From Clostridia bacterium (GTDB lineage Bacteria > Bacillota > Clostridia > UMGS1883 > UMGS1540), in contig JAZOQG010000070.1 of the NCBI GenBank assembly GCA_045656005.1, positions 8,065 to 72,064 on the forward strand: a stretch of 64,000 nucleotides of DNA. The letters are read 5' to 3'. The notes beneath the pieces were generated by a model, which saw only the letters and a program-made list of their open reading frames with translations, did no database searches and had not been told where the DNA came from. This document shows positions 9,556-19,141 of this stretch, one piece after another; the first letter of the stretch is position 1; the number at the start of each line of letters is the position of its first letter. A program made the position numbers and the translations under genes.

Positions 9556-10023
9556 ATGAGTTGTTCTTTTTATGCATTCAGATGCAATGATTATTACTGT
9601 ATGAAAAAAGGTGACTATATTTCTTCTGATGTGTATTATCGTTATTGCAAGGGTTATTCATATGATGAATGCCCCATTTATAAAGGGGAGGACAGTAGTA
9701 GCGGATGTTATTTAACTACCGCATGTGTTGTCGCAATGGATAAAGGAGATAACTGCGAAGAACTTAATATCTTACGTGAGTTTCGAGATGAATATATGAA
9801 TCGTGACAGCTGTATGAAATATGATATTCATGAATATTATAAATATGCTCCTGAAATTGTAAAAAAAATCAATCTTTTAGATAATTATAAACAAATTTAT
9901 AAAGAACTTTATTTTGAGCTTATCTGTCCATGCATTGCATATATTAAAAATGGACAGGTGAAAGAAGCATACAGTTTGTATAAAAGTATGTATAACAAAC
10001 TAAAAACCACATATTTGAAATAG
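9556..10023 (+). CDS. Cys-rich hypothetical protein (about 14 Cys; C-x-LTTAC...LREFRDEY segment)
   Basis: ORF with RBS AAAGAGGTGA; followed by a terminator. Confidence 0.45.
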   Translation: MSCSFYAFRCNDYYCMKKGDYISSDVYYRYCKGYSYDECPIYKGEDSSSGCYLTTACVVAMDKGDNCEELNILREFRDEYMNRDSCMKYDIHEYYKYAPEIVKKINLLDNYKQIYKELYFELICPCIAYIKNGQVKEAYSLYKSMYNKLKTTYLK

Positions 10024-10047
10024 AAAAGTCTTTTCGAACTACAAGAA

Positions 10048-10085
10048 CCCTATTCTGTCTGGCTCTATGACGAATAGGGTTTTTG
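10048..10085 (+). terminator. Hairpin (ccctattc...gaataggg) + T-run terminator ending the 8.3-10.0 kb island
   Basis: 8-bp stem with large loop and tttttg tail. Confidence 0.45.
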
Positions 10086-10300
10086 CATATACAATAAAAT
10101 AATTCTGTTGTGGTTGACATAATGAATAATATATGTTAGAATTATATATTAATGAATTTATGAAAGTTGGGAGTTATATGTTTCCTAAAAAAAGCGGAAA
10201 AATTCCCCTCGCTAAAGTCACTACCAAGGCAGGGGAGTAAACAGGAAAACTCTTTCTGCCGTAACCAAAAAACAAAAAAATTAAGAAAAGGTGACATGTT

Positions 10301-12229
10301 ATGATTAAAATTACTTTAAGAGATGAAATAAAAGAATTTGAAAGCGGCGTATCAGCTTTTGATATTGCAATGTCTATAAGCGAAGGTCTCGGAAGAGCTG
10401 CACTTGCCGCAAAAATTGACGGTGTGGTTTCAGAGCTTTCAAAGCCTATCGAAAAAGACTGCTCCGTTGAAATTTTAACCTTCGATTCAGAAGAAGGAAA
10501 AAGAGTTTTACGCCACAGCGCATCACACATTCTTGCGCAGGCAGTTAAAAGACTTTATCCTAATACCAAACTTGCAATAGGTCCCGCTATTGATGATGGT
10601 TTTTACTATGATTTTGATACAGAAACTCCTCTTACAAACGATGATTTGTCAAAAATCGAAGCTGAAATGAAAAAAATCGTTAAAGAGAACATTAAAATTG
10701 AAAGATTTACTCTCCCCAAAGACGAAGCTATTGCTTTTATGAAGGACGAGCCTTACAAGGTTGAGCTTATTGAAGAACTTCCCGAAGGAGAAGAAATTTC
10801 TTTCTACAAGCAAGAAGATTTTACAGACCTTTGTGCAGGACCTCACGTTTTTGCAACAGGCGCTGTTAAAGCAATAAAACTTATGAGTGTTACAGGTGCT
10901 TACTGGAGAGGAAGCGAGAAGAACAAAATGCTCCAGAGAGTGTATGGTACTGCATTTACAAAGAAAAGCGACCTCTCTGAGCATCTTGAAATGCTTGAAG
11001 AGGCAAGAAAAAGGGACCACAACAAAATAGGCAGAGAGCTCGGCTACTTTACAACTGTTGACTCCATAGGTCAGGGGCTTCCCATAATGCTCCCCAAAGG
11101 TGCAAAGGTTATGCAGACACTTATGCGTTTTGTTGAGGACACTGAAGAAGCTCTCGGTTGGCAGCTTACAAAAACACCTTACATGGCAAAGAGTGACCTT
11201 TACAAAATTTCAGGTCACTGGGACCACTATCAGGACGGAATGTTCGTTATGGGTGACGAGGAAAAAGACAAGGAAGTTTTTGCACTTCGTCCTATGACAT
11301 GCCCCTTCCAGTATCAGGCATACCTTTCAAAAATGAGAAGCTACAGAGATTTACCAATTCGCTATAACGAAACTTCAACTCTTTTCAGAAACGAATCTTC
11401 AGGAGAAATGCACGGTCTTATTAGGGTAAGACAGTTTACAATTTCGGAAGGACATTTAATGTGCCGCCCCGACCAGCTCGAGGATGAATTCAGAAGTTGT
11501 CTTGAACTTACAACATATATGCTTAAAACACTTGGTCTTTACGAGGATGTTTCCTATCGTTTCTCGCAGTGGGACCCCAATAACAGAGAAAAATATATCG
11601 GCACCGAGGAACAATGGGATGAAGCTCAGGGTATAATGGCTAAAATTTTAGAGCATCTCCAGATTCCTCACAAAATAGGTATCGGAGAAGCTGCTTTTTA
11701 CGGACCAAAACTCGATATTCAGATTAAAAACGTTTATGGCAAAGAGGACACTCTCATTACAATTCAGATTGACCAGATGCTTGCTGAAAAATTTGGTATG
11801 GAATATATTGACAGCGACGGCACAAAGAAAAACCCATATATTATCCACAGAACTTCAATCGGTTGCTATGAAAGAACTTTGGCACTCCTTCTCGAAAAAT
11901 ATGCAGGGGCACTTCCTACATGGCTTATGCCTACACAGGCAGTTGTTATTCCGATTTCAGAAAAGCACATAGAATATGCTGAAAAGATTTCCAAAATGCT
12001 TACTGAAAAAGGTATAAGAAACTCGGTTGACAAGAGAAACGAAAAAATGGGTTACAAAATTCGTGAAGCACAGCTTGAGAAAACACCTTACATGCTTATT
12101 GTTGGTGACCAGGAAGCACAAGACGGTACAGTATCTCTTCGTGCAAGAAAAGAGGGTGACACAGGTAGCTTTAAAGCAGAAAAAGCCCTTGAAATTATAC
12201 TTGACGATATAGTAAACAAAAGAATATAA
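10301..12229 (+). CDS. thrS: Threonine--tRNA ligase
   Basis: 642 aa with TGS/second-site N-terminal domains, class II aaRS motifs (FRNE, GLIRVRQFT). Confidence 0.9.
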   Translation: MIKITLRDEIKEFESGVSAFDIAMSISEGLGRAALAAKIDGVVSELSKPIEKDCSVEILTFDSEEGKRVLRHSASHILAQAVKRLYPNTKLAIGPAIDDGFYYDFDTETPLTNDDLSKIEAEMKKIVKENIKIERFTLPKDEAIAFMKDEPYKVELIEELPEGEEISFYKQEDFTDLCAGPHVFATGAVKAIKLMSVTGAYWRGSEKNKMLQRVYGTAFTKKSDLSEHLEMLEEARKRDHNKIGRELGYFTTVDSIGQGLPIMLPKGAKVMQTLMRFVEDTEEALGWQLTKTPYMAKSDLYKISGHWDHYQDGMFVMGDEEKDKEVFALRPMTCPFQYQAYLSKMRSYRDLPIRYNETSTLFRNESSGEMHGLIRVRQFTISEGHLMCRPDQLEDEFRSCLELTTYMLKTLGLYEDVSYRFSQWDPNNREKYIGTEEQWDEAQGIMAKILEHLQIPHKIGIGEAAFYGPKLDIQIKNVYGKEDTLITIQIDQMLAEKFGMEYIDSDGTKKNPYIIHRTSIGCYERTLALLLEKYAGALPTWLMPTQAVVIPISEKHIEYAEKISKMLTEKGIRNSVDKRNEKMGYKIREAQLEKTPYMLIVGDQEAQDGTVSLRARKEGDTGSFKAEKALEIILDDIVNKRI

Positions 12230-12234
12230 GAAAA

Positions 12235-12263
12235 GAGGGCTGTGATAATATATCATAGCCCTT
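12235..12263. terminator. Bidirectional hairpin terminator (gggctgtgata-ata-tatcatagccc) after thrS, overlapping the 3' end of the AraC gene
   Basis: 11-bp stem with one mismatch. Confidence 0.55.
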
Positions 12264-13062
12264 CTGAATCTTTAATACTTTTTCTGTACTGCTGCGGTGA
12301 TACCCCTTTGATTTTTTTAAATGTATCACCAAAATAATTACTTCCCGTAAAGCCCGCCATTGATGCAATTTCCGTTATCGGGAGATTTGTTGATGCGAGA
12401 AGTTTTGCCGCCTCATTTACTCTGATGCAGTTTATATATTTTGAGGCAGGCATCCCTACAATTTCACGAAATTTTTTACAAAAATACGAGTGACTTAAAT
12501 ATGACATTTTGCAAAGCTGTGGGATTGCTAGGTCCTGAGAATAATTTGTATTTATATATGTTACAACATCAAGTATTTTATTATAGGTTTCATCACTGTT
12601 TTCTTCAGCGGCGACTTTAACAGAAGAAAAACGGTGAAGATATACAAAAAGCGTTGTAAGCATCGTTTTCATCAGTATAAATGACGTTTTCTGAGGATTG
12701 TCACATTCGTGGCATATATCAAGCAGAAGTGTTTCAATTTTGTTTCTGTCTGTCGGCGGTACTTTTATAACTTTTGATGAAAAACATTCTTCGGCAAGGT
12801 CTGAAATTTCGTCACTTAAGGCTTCTGAATTAAAATATATGTGAATACATTCCATTCTTGCACCCGAAGTTTTGTGAATTTGCCCGGGAGAAATCAAAGC
12901 AAAATCCCCCGATACAACTCTATACACATTATCTTCTATAAAATAGTGGCGGTCACCGCTTGTAAGATAATAAATTTCATAGTGAGGGTGAGCATGAACA
13001 TATTTCATTTTTGCATCTTCTTTTGTTGTAAACTTGGTATGTTTTGCAATAATTGTTGCCAT
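12253..13062 (-). CDS. AraC family transcriptional regulator (cupin sensor + HTH_AraC)
   Basis: C-terminal HTH_18 signature (...IASMAGFTGSNYFGDTFKK..G.SP..YR) and N-terminal cupin-like region. Confidence 0.75.
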   Translation of the reverse strand: MATIIAKHTKFTTKEDAKMKYVHAHPHYEIYYLTSGDRHYFIEDNVYRVVSGDFALISPGQIHKTSGARMECIHIYFNSEALSDEISDLAEECFSSKVIKVPPTDRNKIETLLLDICHECDNPQKTSFILMKTMLTTLFVYLHRFSSVKVAAEENSDETYNKILDVVTYINTNYSQDLAIPQLCKMSYLSHSYFCKKFREIVGMPASKYINCIRVNEAAKLLASTNLPITEIASMAGFTGSNYFGDTFKKIKGVSPQQYRKSIKDSEGL

Positions 13063-13133
13063 ATTACCCTCCTTAATGAATTAGTTTAATTATATTTTAA
13101 CATAATAACTTTTTAAAGTAAAGGAGAAAAGAT

Positions 13134-13379
13134 ATGAGAATAGACAAGTTTTTAAAAGTTTCCAGAATAATTAAGCGCAGAACTGTTGCGGCAGCGGCTT
13201 GCAGCGGCGGCAGAGTTTTTATAAATGGCAAGCAGGCAAAACCTGGTTCTGAAGTATCAGTTGGAGATATTCTGGAAATTGGCTTTGGCGAAAAATCAAT
13301 AAAAGTTGAAATTTTAAAAATCACAGAGCATGTACTTAAAGATGATGCGTCCCAAATGTATAAAATATTAGAAGGATAA
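13134..13379 (+). CDS. RNA-binding S4 domain protein
   Basis: MRIDKFLKVSRIIKRRTVAA...GRVFINGK S4 motif. Confidence 0.65.
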   Translation: MRIDKFLKVSRIIKRRTVAAAACSGGRVFINGKQAKPGSEVSVGDILEIGFGEKSIKVEILKITEHVLKDDASQMYKILEG

Positions 13380-13390
13380 ATGGTAGTTTT

Positions 13391-14428
13391 ATGAAAAAAG
13401 TTCTTGTAGGCATGAGCGGCGGAGTTGACAGCAGCGTTGTTGCCGCTCTCTTAAAAAGCCAGGGCTATGATGTTTACGGGGTTAATTTAAAATTCTGGTC
13501 AAACTGCGAAAGAGAAGATGACGATGCGAAAAAGGTTTGCGATTTTTTGGAAATTCCTCTTTACAAAGGAGATTACAGTTCCCATTTTTATAAAAACGTT
13601 GTAACCCCTTTTATAAATGAATATATAAGCGGAAGAACACCAAACCCCTGCGTTATGTGTAATCCGTCAACGAAAATTTTTGCTCTTTTGGACTTTGCGG
13701 ACAAAATGGGAATAGACTATGTTGCAACAGGTCACTATGCAAAGATTTATCGCGATGGCGACAAAACTTATCTCATGCAAGGCGAAAATTTAAAAAAAGA
13801 CCAGAGTTATTTTTTATATGCTCTTAAAAAAGACCAGCTTAAAAGACTTTTGTTCCCTCTTGGTGACTTTTCGAAGGAAAGAGTACGGGAAATGGCAGAG
13901 GAATTTGGTATTGAAGTTTCAAAAAAACCTGACAGTCAGGAAATTTGTTTCCTTCCCGACGGTGAAATCGGAAATTTTATAAAAGAATATGGAGATAAAG
14001 TTCCTCCGGAAGGATACTTTGTTGACACCGAAGGAAATCCCATAGGTGTTCACAAAGGAATTTATAATTACACAATAGGTCAGCGAAAAGGTCTTGGAGC
14101 TTTTGGAAAACCCTATTTTGTAAGGGAAATTAACGCAAAAAATAATACCGTCACCATTGGCAACGATATTTTGTCAAAAGAATTAATTACAGATAATTTC
14201 GCTTTTACAGGCGATTTTGAATGTGATTTCCCATTTACTGCAATGGTAAAAATCCGCTCACGTGCACCACTTTCAGATGCATTGATTGAAAAATGCGGGG
14301 AAGGCATAAAAATAATTTTTGAAACTCCCCAGCGCGCCGTAACCCCGGGTCAAAGTGCCGTACTTTATAAAGATAATAAAGTGCTCGGCGGTGGAATTAT
14401 CAAATGTACAAGCGGTCAAATACAATAA
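13391..14428 (+). CDS. mnmA: tRNA-specific 2-thiouridylase
   Basis: VLVGMSGGVDSSV PP-loop, full-length MnmA similarity. Confidence 0.85.
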   Translation: MKKVLVGMSGGVDSSVVAALLKSQGYDVYGVNLKFWSNCEREDDDAKKVCDFLEIPLYKGDYSSHFYKNVVTPFINEYISGRTPNPCVMCNPSTKIFALLDFADKMGIDYVATGHYAKIYRDGDKTYLMQGENLKKDQSYFLYALKKDQLKRLLFPLGDFSKERVREMAEEFGIEVSKKPDSQEICFLPDGEIGNFIKEYGDKVPPEGYFVDTEGNPIGVHKGIYNYTIGQRKGLGAFGKPYFVREINAKNNTVTIGNDILSKELITDNFAFTGDFECDFPFTAMVKIRSRAPLSDALIEKCGEGIKIIFETPQRAVTPGQSAVLYKDNKVLGGGIIKCTSGQIQ

Positions 14429-15554
14429 CAGTATAATAATTTTCATTAAGGCGGCTGTCAATAGCCGCTTTTATTTCTTTATCCTGCATTTTAAATTTAT
14501 GCGGAACCACAACGTCAAATATAAGATTTGTGTGAGTATCTCCAGAAACCACACGAAAATCATGAATTTTAAGTTCCTCATCTATATCCGAAACAATTTT
14601 GTCAATCATTTCCTTAAGAGCATTTACTTCTTCATTATCGGTGCTTATGGGGTCTATGTGAATTGTAATCTGAACACCCATTTCCCTCATAATCTGTCTT
14701 TCAATCAAATCGATTTCATCATGCACCTTTAAAATGTCGGCATCCACTCTCACCTCTGCATGAGCAGATGCTATATATTTGTCAGGTCCGTAATTATGAA
14801 CTATAAGGTCATGAATTCCGCAAACTTCACTACTCTTTAAAATTATACCTTCTATTTTTTTAACCATTACGCAGTCAGGCTGTCCACCAAGCAGAGGCTC
14901 TATGGTTTCTTTCGCAAAAGAAAAGCCTGAATACATTATAAAAAGTGCGACAAGGGCACCGATATATCCATCGAGTATATAAAATCCTAAAAATTTTGAC
15001 ATGAGTGCTGAAATTATTGTAACCGAGGTTACAATAACATCGTTTCTGCTATCGGCAGATGCTGCCTCAATAGCCGCAGAGCCGATAATTTTTCCAAGTT
15101 TGTAATTTATATTCGAAAGAAGCATTTTTATGGGGATTGTAAGTATAAGAACCAATATCGCAATAAGGCTAAACGAAGTTTCAGAAGGCTCAATTATTTT
15201 TCCTGCCGAGCTTTTCAAAAGCTCAAAGCCTGCTAAAATTATCAAAAGCGACACTATAAATGCCGATATATATTCAACCCTTCCATGCCCGAATGGATGT
15301 TCTTCATCCGCAGGCATATCCGCCATTTTAAATCCTACTATCGTAACAATGCTTGCTGCCATATCCGATAAATTGTTAAAAGCATCAGCGATAACTGATA
15401 CGCTGGCAGTAACAAGTCCTATAATAATTTTTATAATAAAAAGCAATAAATTTGCCAGAACACCTAAAAAACCTGATAAAAATCCTGCCTTTTTTCTGTT
15501 GGCAGGATTTTTTTCGTCGGTTATTTTAAATGCCCTCATTAAAAACCGGGTCAT
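14400..15554 (-). CDS. Cation diffusion facilitator (CDF) family transporter
   Basis: TMs plus [12 protein letters not shown] signature and C-terminal cytoplasmic domain; 3' end overlaps mnmA by 29 nt (convergent). Confidence 0.75.
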   Translation of the reverse strand: MTRFLMRAFKITDEKNPANRKKAGFLSGFLGVLANLLLFIIKIIIGLVTASVSVIADAFNNLSDMAASIVTIVGFKMADMPADEEHPFGHGRVEYISAFIVSLLIILAGFELLKSSAGKIIEPSETSFSLIAILVLILTIPIKMLLSNINYKLGKIIGSAAIEAASADSRNDVIVTSVTIISALMSKFLGFYILDGYIGALVALFIMYSGFSFAKETIEPLLGGQPDCVMVKKIEGIILKSSEVCGIHDLIVHNYGPDKYIASAHAEVRVDADILKVHDEIDLIERQIMREMGVQITIHIDPISTDNEEVNALKEMIDKIVSDIDEELKIHDFRVVSGDTHTNLIFDVVVPHKFKMQDKEIKAAIDSRLNENYYTVIVFDRLYI

Positions 15555-17212
15555 TTATTGTCCCTCTCTCTAATTTTTGTTCTCATAATCTTTCCGCTTG
15601 AGGTTTTGGGAAGTTCTTCCACAAATTCAATTATTCTGGGGTACTTATATGGAGCAGTTGTAGCTTTAACATGGTTTTGAAGCTCTTTTATAAGCTCGTC
15701 GCTACCTTCATAACCTTTTGCCAAAACTATTGTTGCCTTTACAATCTGTCCTCTTATTTCATCAGGAACAGCAGTTACTGCAACCTCTAAAACAGAAGGA
15801 TGCTCCATAAGTGAGCTTTCTACCTCAAAAGGCCCTATTCTGTAGCCTGAGCTTTTAATCATATCATCAGCTCTGCCCACATACCAGTAATATCCATCCT
15901 CATCGCACCATGCAATATCGCCTGTATAGTAATATCCGTCATGCCAGCAGCTCTGAGTTTTTTCATCATCAAGATAATATCCGCAGAAAAGACCATAAGG
16001 CTTTCTTTCCGAAGTTTTAAAGGCAATCTGACCAGCCTTTCCGTCCTCACAATCGTTTCCGTTATCATCAAGAAGATGAATTTCATAGCTTGGAGAAGGC
16101 TTTCCGAGAGAACCCGGTCTTGGCTCAAACCAAGGGTAGTTTGCGAGAGCAACTACTGTTTCGGTCTGTCCGAAGCCCTCGTGAATTTTAAGACCTGTTG
16201 CCTCATAAAATTTATTGAAAATTTCTGCGTTTAATGCCTCTCCCGCAGTTGTGCAATGCTTTAAGGATGACAAATCAAATTTAGTTATGTCCTCTTTTAT
16301 CAAAAATCTTAAAATGGTAGGCGGAGCACAAAATGTTGTAATTTTGTATTCCTCAATTTTCTTAAGTATATCAACGGGTGTAAAACGTGTACTGTAGTCG
16401 TAAACAAAAATTGCCGCACCGCAAAGCCACTGACCGTAAATTTTACCCCATGAAGATTTTGCCCAGCCTGTTTCTGCAACAGTTAAATGAAGGGCATCTT
16501 CTTCAACGTTGTGCCAGTATTTTGCAGTTATAATATGACCGAGTGGATATGTGTGACAATGTCTTGCCATTTTGGGATACCCTGTTGTGCCTGATGTAAA
16601 GTACATGAGAAGAGTATCGTCGTTTTTAGTTGCCTCTGCACCTATAGGACGAGAAAACTCATCGCTCTCCCCCTCAATTTCTTCATCAAAGCAAAGCCAT
16701 CCGTCACGTTTTCCGCAACATAAAACTTTATTTTTAAGTGACGGGCAAACCTTTTCTGCCTCTTCAACATCTTTTGATAAATCAGCCGTGTCGGAGACTA
16801 TAATCGTTGTGACACTTGCAGCCTGAATACGATAAATAACGTCTTTCGTTTTAAGCTGAGTTGTTGCAGGAATTAAAACTGCACCCAATTTGTGAAGTGC
16901 AACTGCGCAAATCCAGTACTCAAAGTGGCGGCGAAGTACAACCATTACGTTGTCACCCTTTTTAACACCTATTCTTTTAAGAAAATTAACAGTTTTGTTT
17001 GAAAGCTTTTTAAGCTCGCCAAATGTTATGGTTTTTTTGTCGCCTTCGTCATTGCACCATACGAGTGCTCTTTTATCGGGCTTTAAATCTGCCCATGCGT
17101 CAACAACATCAAACCCAAAGTTAAAATTCTCCGGAATATCAATTTTAAAGTTTTTTACAAAGTCTTCATAAGAGGAATACTCCCCTTTAGTATATCTAGA
17201 TAATATATCCAT
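15551..17212 (-). CDS. AMP-binding acyl-CoA synthetase / acyl--CoA ligase
   Basis: [13 protein letters not shown]-binding motif, C-terminal TSSGKIMR; ATGA overlap with the CDF gene. Confidence 0.8.
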   Translation of the reverse strand: MDILSRYTKGEYSSYEDFVKNFKIDIPENFNFGFDVVDAWADLKPDKRALVWCNDEGDKKTITFGELKKLSNKTVNFLKRIGVKKGDNVMVVLRRHFEYWICAVALHKLGAVLIPATTQLKTKDVIYRIQAASVTTIIVSDTADLSKDVEEAEKVCPSLKNKVLCCGKRDGWLCFDEEIEGESDEFSRPIGAEATKNDDTLLMYFTSGTTGYPKMARHCHTYPLGHIITAKYWHNVEEDALHLTVAETGWAKSSWGKIYGQWLCGAAIFVYDYSTRFTPVDILKKIEEYKITTFCAPPTILRFLIKEDITKFDLSSLKHCTTAGEALNAEIFNKFYEATGLKIHEGFGQTETVVALANYPWFEPRPGSLGKPSPSYEIHLLDDNGNDCEDGKAGQIAFKTSERKPYGLFCGYYLDDEKTQSCWHDGYYYTGDIAWCDEDGYYWYVGRADDMIKSSGYRIGPFEVESSLMEHPSVLEVAVTAVPDEIRGQIVKATIVLAKGYEGSDELIKELQNHVKATTAPYKYPRIIEFVEELPKTSSGKIMRTKIRERDNK

Positions 17213-17232
17213 CTTTATCCCCTTTTGTTTTT

Positions 17233-17787
17233 TTAAATTACAATAGTAAGGACTTTTGCGGATTTATCTCCTATTGCCGCCATACCATGAGGATATGAGG
17301 AATCATAATAAATCGAATCCCCTTCCTCCAAAATAATATCCTTACCGTTTATTCTTATTAAAACTCTGCCTTCAAGACAGTAGTCAAATTCCTGACCCAT
17401 GTGAATATTTGTGCTGATTTCTTCATGACCCCCCTGAGGGTCCACGCTTACCAAAAGGGGCAAAACTTTATTATTCAAAAAGTTATACGCAAGATGCTGA
17501 TAATCATACTGCTGGCTTTTTTCAATACGAAGCCCTTTATCGGCTTTTACGTGCTGATAAACCTTAAGTCTTGGTGCATCCCCCGACAAAAGCTCATAAA
17601 CCTGCACGCCGAAAACAGCCGCAACTTCTGAAAGAAAGCTTATGGGCATATCAACTTCTCCGCTTTCGTATTCAAGATACTTTTCGTTTGTAATGCCAAG
17701 ACGCTTTGCCATATCGTCAGTAGTTTTTCCTGTGATTTTACGCATTTCCTTAAGTCTTATAGCAACTTTTCTGATATCGTCTTTCAT
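17233..17787 (-). CDS. XRE-family HTH + cupin domain transcriptional regulator
   Basis: N-terminal HTH ([18 protein letters not shown]), C-terminal cupin; start chosen at the ATG with GAGGAG RBS. Confidence 0.65.
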   Translation of the reverse strand: MKDDIRKVAIRLKEMRKITGKTTDDMAKRLGITNEKYLEYESGEVDMPISFLSEVAAVFGVQVYELLSGDAPRLKVYQHVKADKGLRIEKSQQYDYQHLAYNFLNNKVLPLLVSVDPQGGHEEISTNIHMGQEFDYCLEGRVLIRINGKDIILEEGDSIYYDSSYPHGMAAIGDKSAKVLTIVI

Positions 17788-17865
17788 ATTTAGCTCTCCT
17801 CTCAATAACATATTTAAATAAGTATAACATAAATTTCTTTAAAATGCAACAGTTAAACCAAGAAC

Positions 17866-18498
17866 CTATAACCCAAATTTTTCTTTAAAATATTTTTCTC
17901 TATCTTCTTCGGCTATTTTTCGAATTTCTATTTTCTTACTATCATTATTACTCTTGTTATTAGAATTTCTATTAGCAGATACTCCAACAGGATTTGGATC
18001 ATTTTTCCATCGACAAAGCAGAGACCGGGAATTATTCCTCTTTCTGTCTTCTGCATAAATATATTCTTCATGCTCGTGCATTCTAATTCTGGACTTTAAT
18101 TCAAATATATTTCCTTCATTTTCAATCCTATATAATTCTGTGTATGAATAAGATTTTGTTTTATTTGTATTTTCAAAAAACACATCACTTTGCTCATACA
18201 ATATAGCACTTTCAGCATGCTCAATTATATTTGCATCAGGATTTTGAGGATATATAATATGTCCAAATCTTACATAAATTTTCCCTCTATATAAGTTAAG
18301 CCAATTATCTTTATGGCTTTTTAACCTATTTCTTATAGTATTATGCTGTGTTGCAATTCCTAAATATAAACTTGTTTCCTTTTTTCCAAAAACTCTGCTT
18401 ATATAATATAAACCTTGTGTATTAGATAACTCACTTGATATTGCATCTTCAAGGGATATAGCTTTATTCCAGTTAATTCTTATAATTTTATCTCTCAT
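17866..18498 (-). CDS. Hypothetical protein with N-terminal GIY-YIG-like nuclease motif (GLYYISRV-N10-LYLGIAT-N7-IRNRLKSH) and Asn-rich C-terminal tail
   Basis: Motif spacing matches the GIY-N10/11-YIG-N-R..H pattern of I-TevI/UvrC-type domains; RBS AAAAGGAGTTA. Confidence 0.45.
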   Translation of the reverse strand: MRDKIIRINWNKAISLEDAISSELSNTQGLYYISRVFGKKETSLYLGIATQHNTIRNRLKSHKDNWLNLYRGKIYVRFGHIIYPQNPDANIIEHAESAILYEQSDVFFENTNKTKSYSYTELYRIENEGNIFELKSRIRMHEHEEYIYAEDRKRNNSRSLLCRWKNDPNPVGVSANRNSNNKSNNDSKKIEIRKIAEEDREKYFKEKFGL

Positions 18499-18511
18499 TA
18501 GTAACTCCTTT

Positions 18512-18581
18512 TGCTATATGATGTAAATTCCTTATCTCGTGCCGAAGGCAAATATCGCAAATTCTGCGGGAATTTATATCG
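18512..18581. repeat. Leader repeat copy A (upstream of the GIY-YIG-like gene): RBS block, gtgcc-gaa-ggcac hairpin, aaattc-N5-gaattt palindrome, ATATCGC motifs
   Basis: Direct comparison with 18937-19120. Confidence 0.7.
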
Positions 18582-18587
18582 CTTACT

Positions 18588-18932
18588 CTATCCGTTATTT
18601 TTCGCTGTTGTAATTGAAGCAATTAATTTTCTTCTTATTGTACCGCTTTTATTTTTAAATTTTTCAAACGTTAGATCGTCTAATTCTCCTACTTTAAATA
18701 AAATCTCCAACCAATACTCCGTTTCATAACATTCTTTTAGAGCTATTTCAAGTTTATTAACAAAATCCGCTCTGCTTTGTGCGTATCTTGCTTCATGCGA
18801 ATTTGCACCGATAGATGAACATGAGCGCAAAAGCTGATTGATAAATACGTGCCTTCCCTTAATATTATCGCATATCTCTGTGATTTCAACGGTAAGCTCA
18901 ACCGCCAATTCTTTAATCGTTTTATCGTTCAT
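18588..18932 (-). CDS. Four-helix-bundle protein (23S rRNA intervening-sequence protein / Avd-like family)
   Basis: 114 aa; ...SSIGANSHEARYAQSRADFVNKLEIALKECYETEYWLEIL... matches the TIGR02436-type family pattern. Confidence 0.7.
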   Translation of the reverse strand: MNDKTIKELAVELTVEITEICDNIKGRHVFINQLLRSCSSIGANSHEARYAQSRADFVNKLEIALKECYETEYWLEILFKVGELDDLTFEKFKNKSGTIRRKLIASITTAKNNG

Positions 18933-18936
18933 GTTT

Positions 18937-19120
18937 TAACTCCTTTTGCGATATACTCACTTTGTTCGTGCGATATATTTATGAAAATGCGATATATCTT
19001 CGCTCCGCTCCGTTGCGATATGATACAAATTCCTTGTCTCGTGCCGAAGGCACATATCGCATCATTTATGATATATCGCGTACACAGTACATATCGCAAA
19101 TTCCGCAGGAATTTATATCG
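18937..19120. repeat. Leader repeat copy B (upstream of the four-helix-bundle gene): the same blocks as copy A, expanded by two insertions made of GCGATAT/ATATCGC motif arrays
   Basis: Blocks taactccttttgcNatat, tgaNNcaaattcctt-tctcgtgccgaaggca-atatcgca and aattcNgcNggaatttatatcg are shared with copy A; 4 x GCGATAT then 3 x ATATCGC in the inserts. Confidence 0.7.
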
Positions 19121-19141
19121 TTTTTTTGTGTAAGCCATAGC
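19118..19141. terminator. Hairpin (tgtgtaagc-cat-agcttacaca flanked by T/A runs) at the 3' end of polC
   Basis: 9-bp perfect stem read directly. Confidence 0.5.

Noticed and set aside
10086-10300. T-box riboswitch upstream of thrS
   Set aside because: Expected for Firmicutes thrS, but no T-box consensus (GGGTGGNACCGCG) or specifier/antiterminator architecture could be found by eye; not called.
10174-10530. 118-aa minus-strand ORF overlapping the thrS start
   Set aside because: Antisense to a strongly supported thrS gene and its leader; low-complexity; no RBS.
18512-19120. Diversity-generating retroelement (TR/VR pair with Avd-like four-helix-bundle gene)
   Set aside because: No reverse transcriptase gene nearby. 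The two repeat copies differ by insertions and mixed substitutions, not adenine-specific changes, and they lie in 5' leaders rather than in a target-gene C-terminus.
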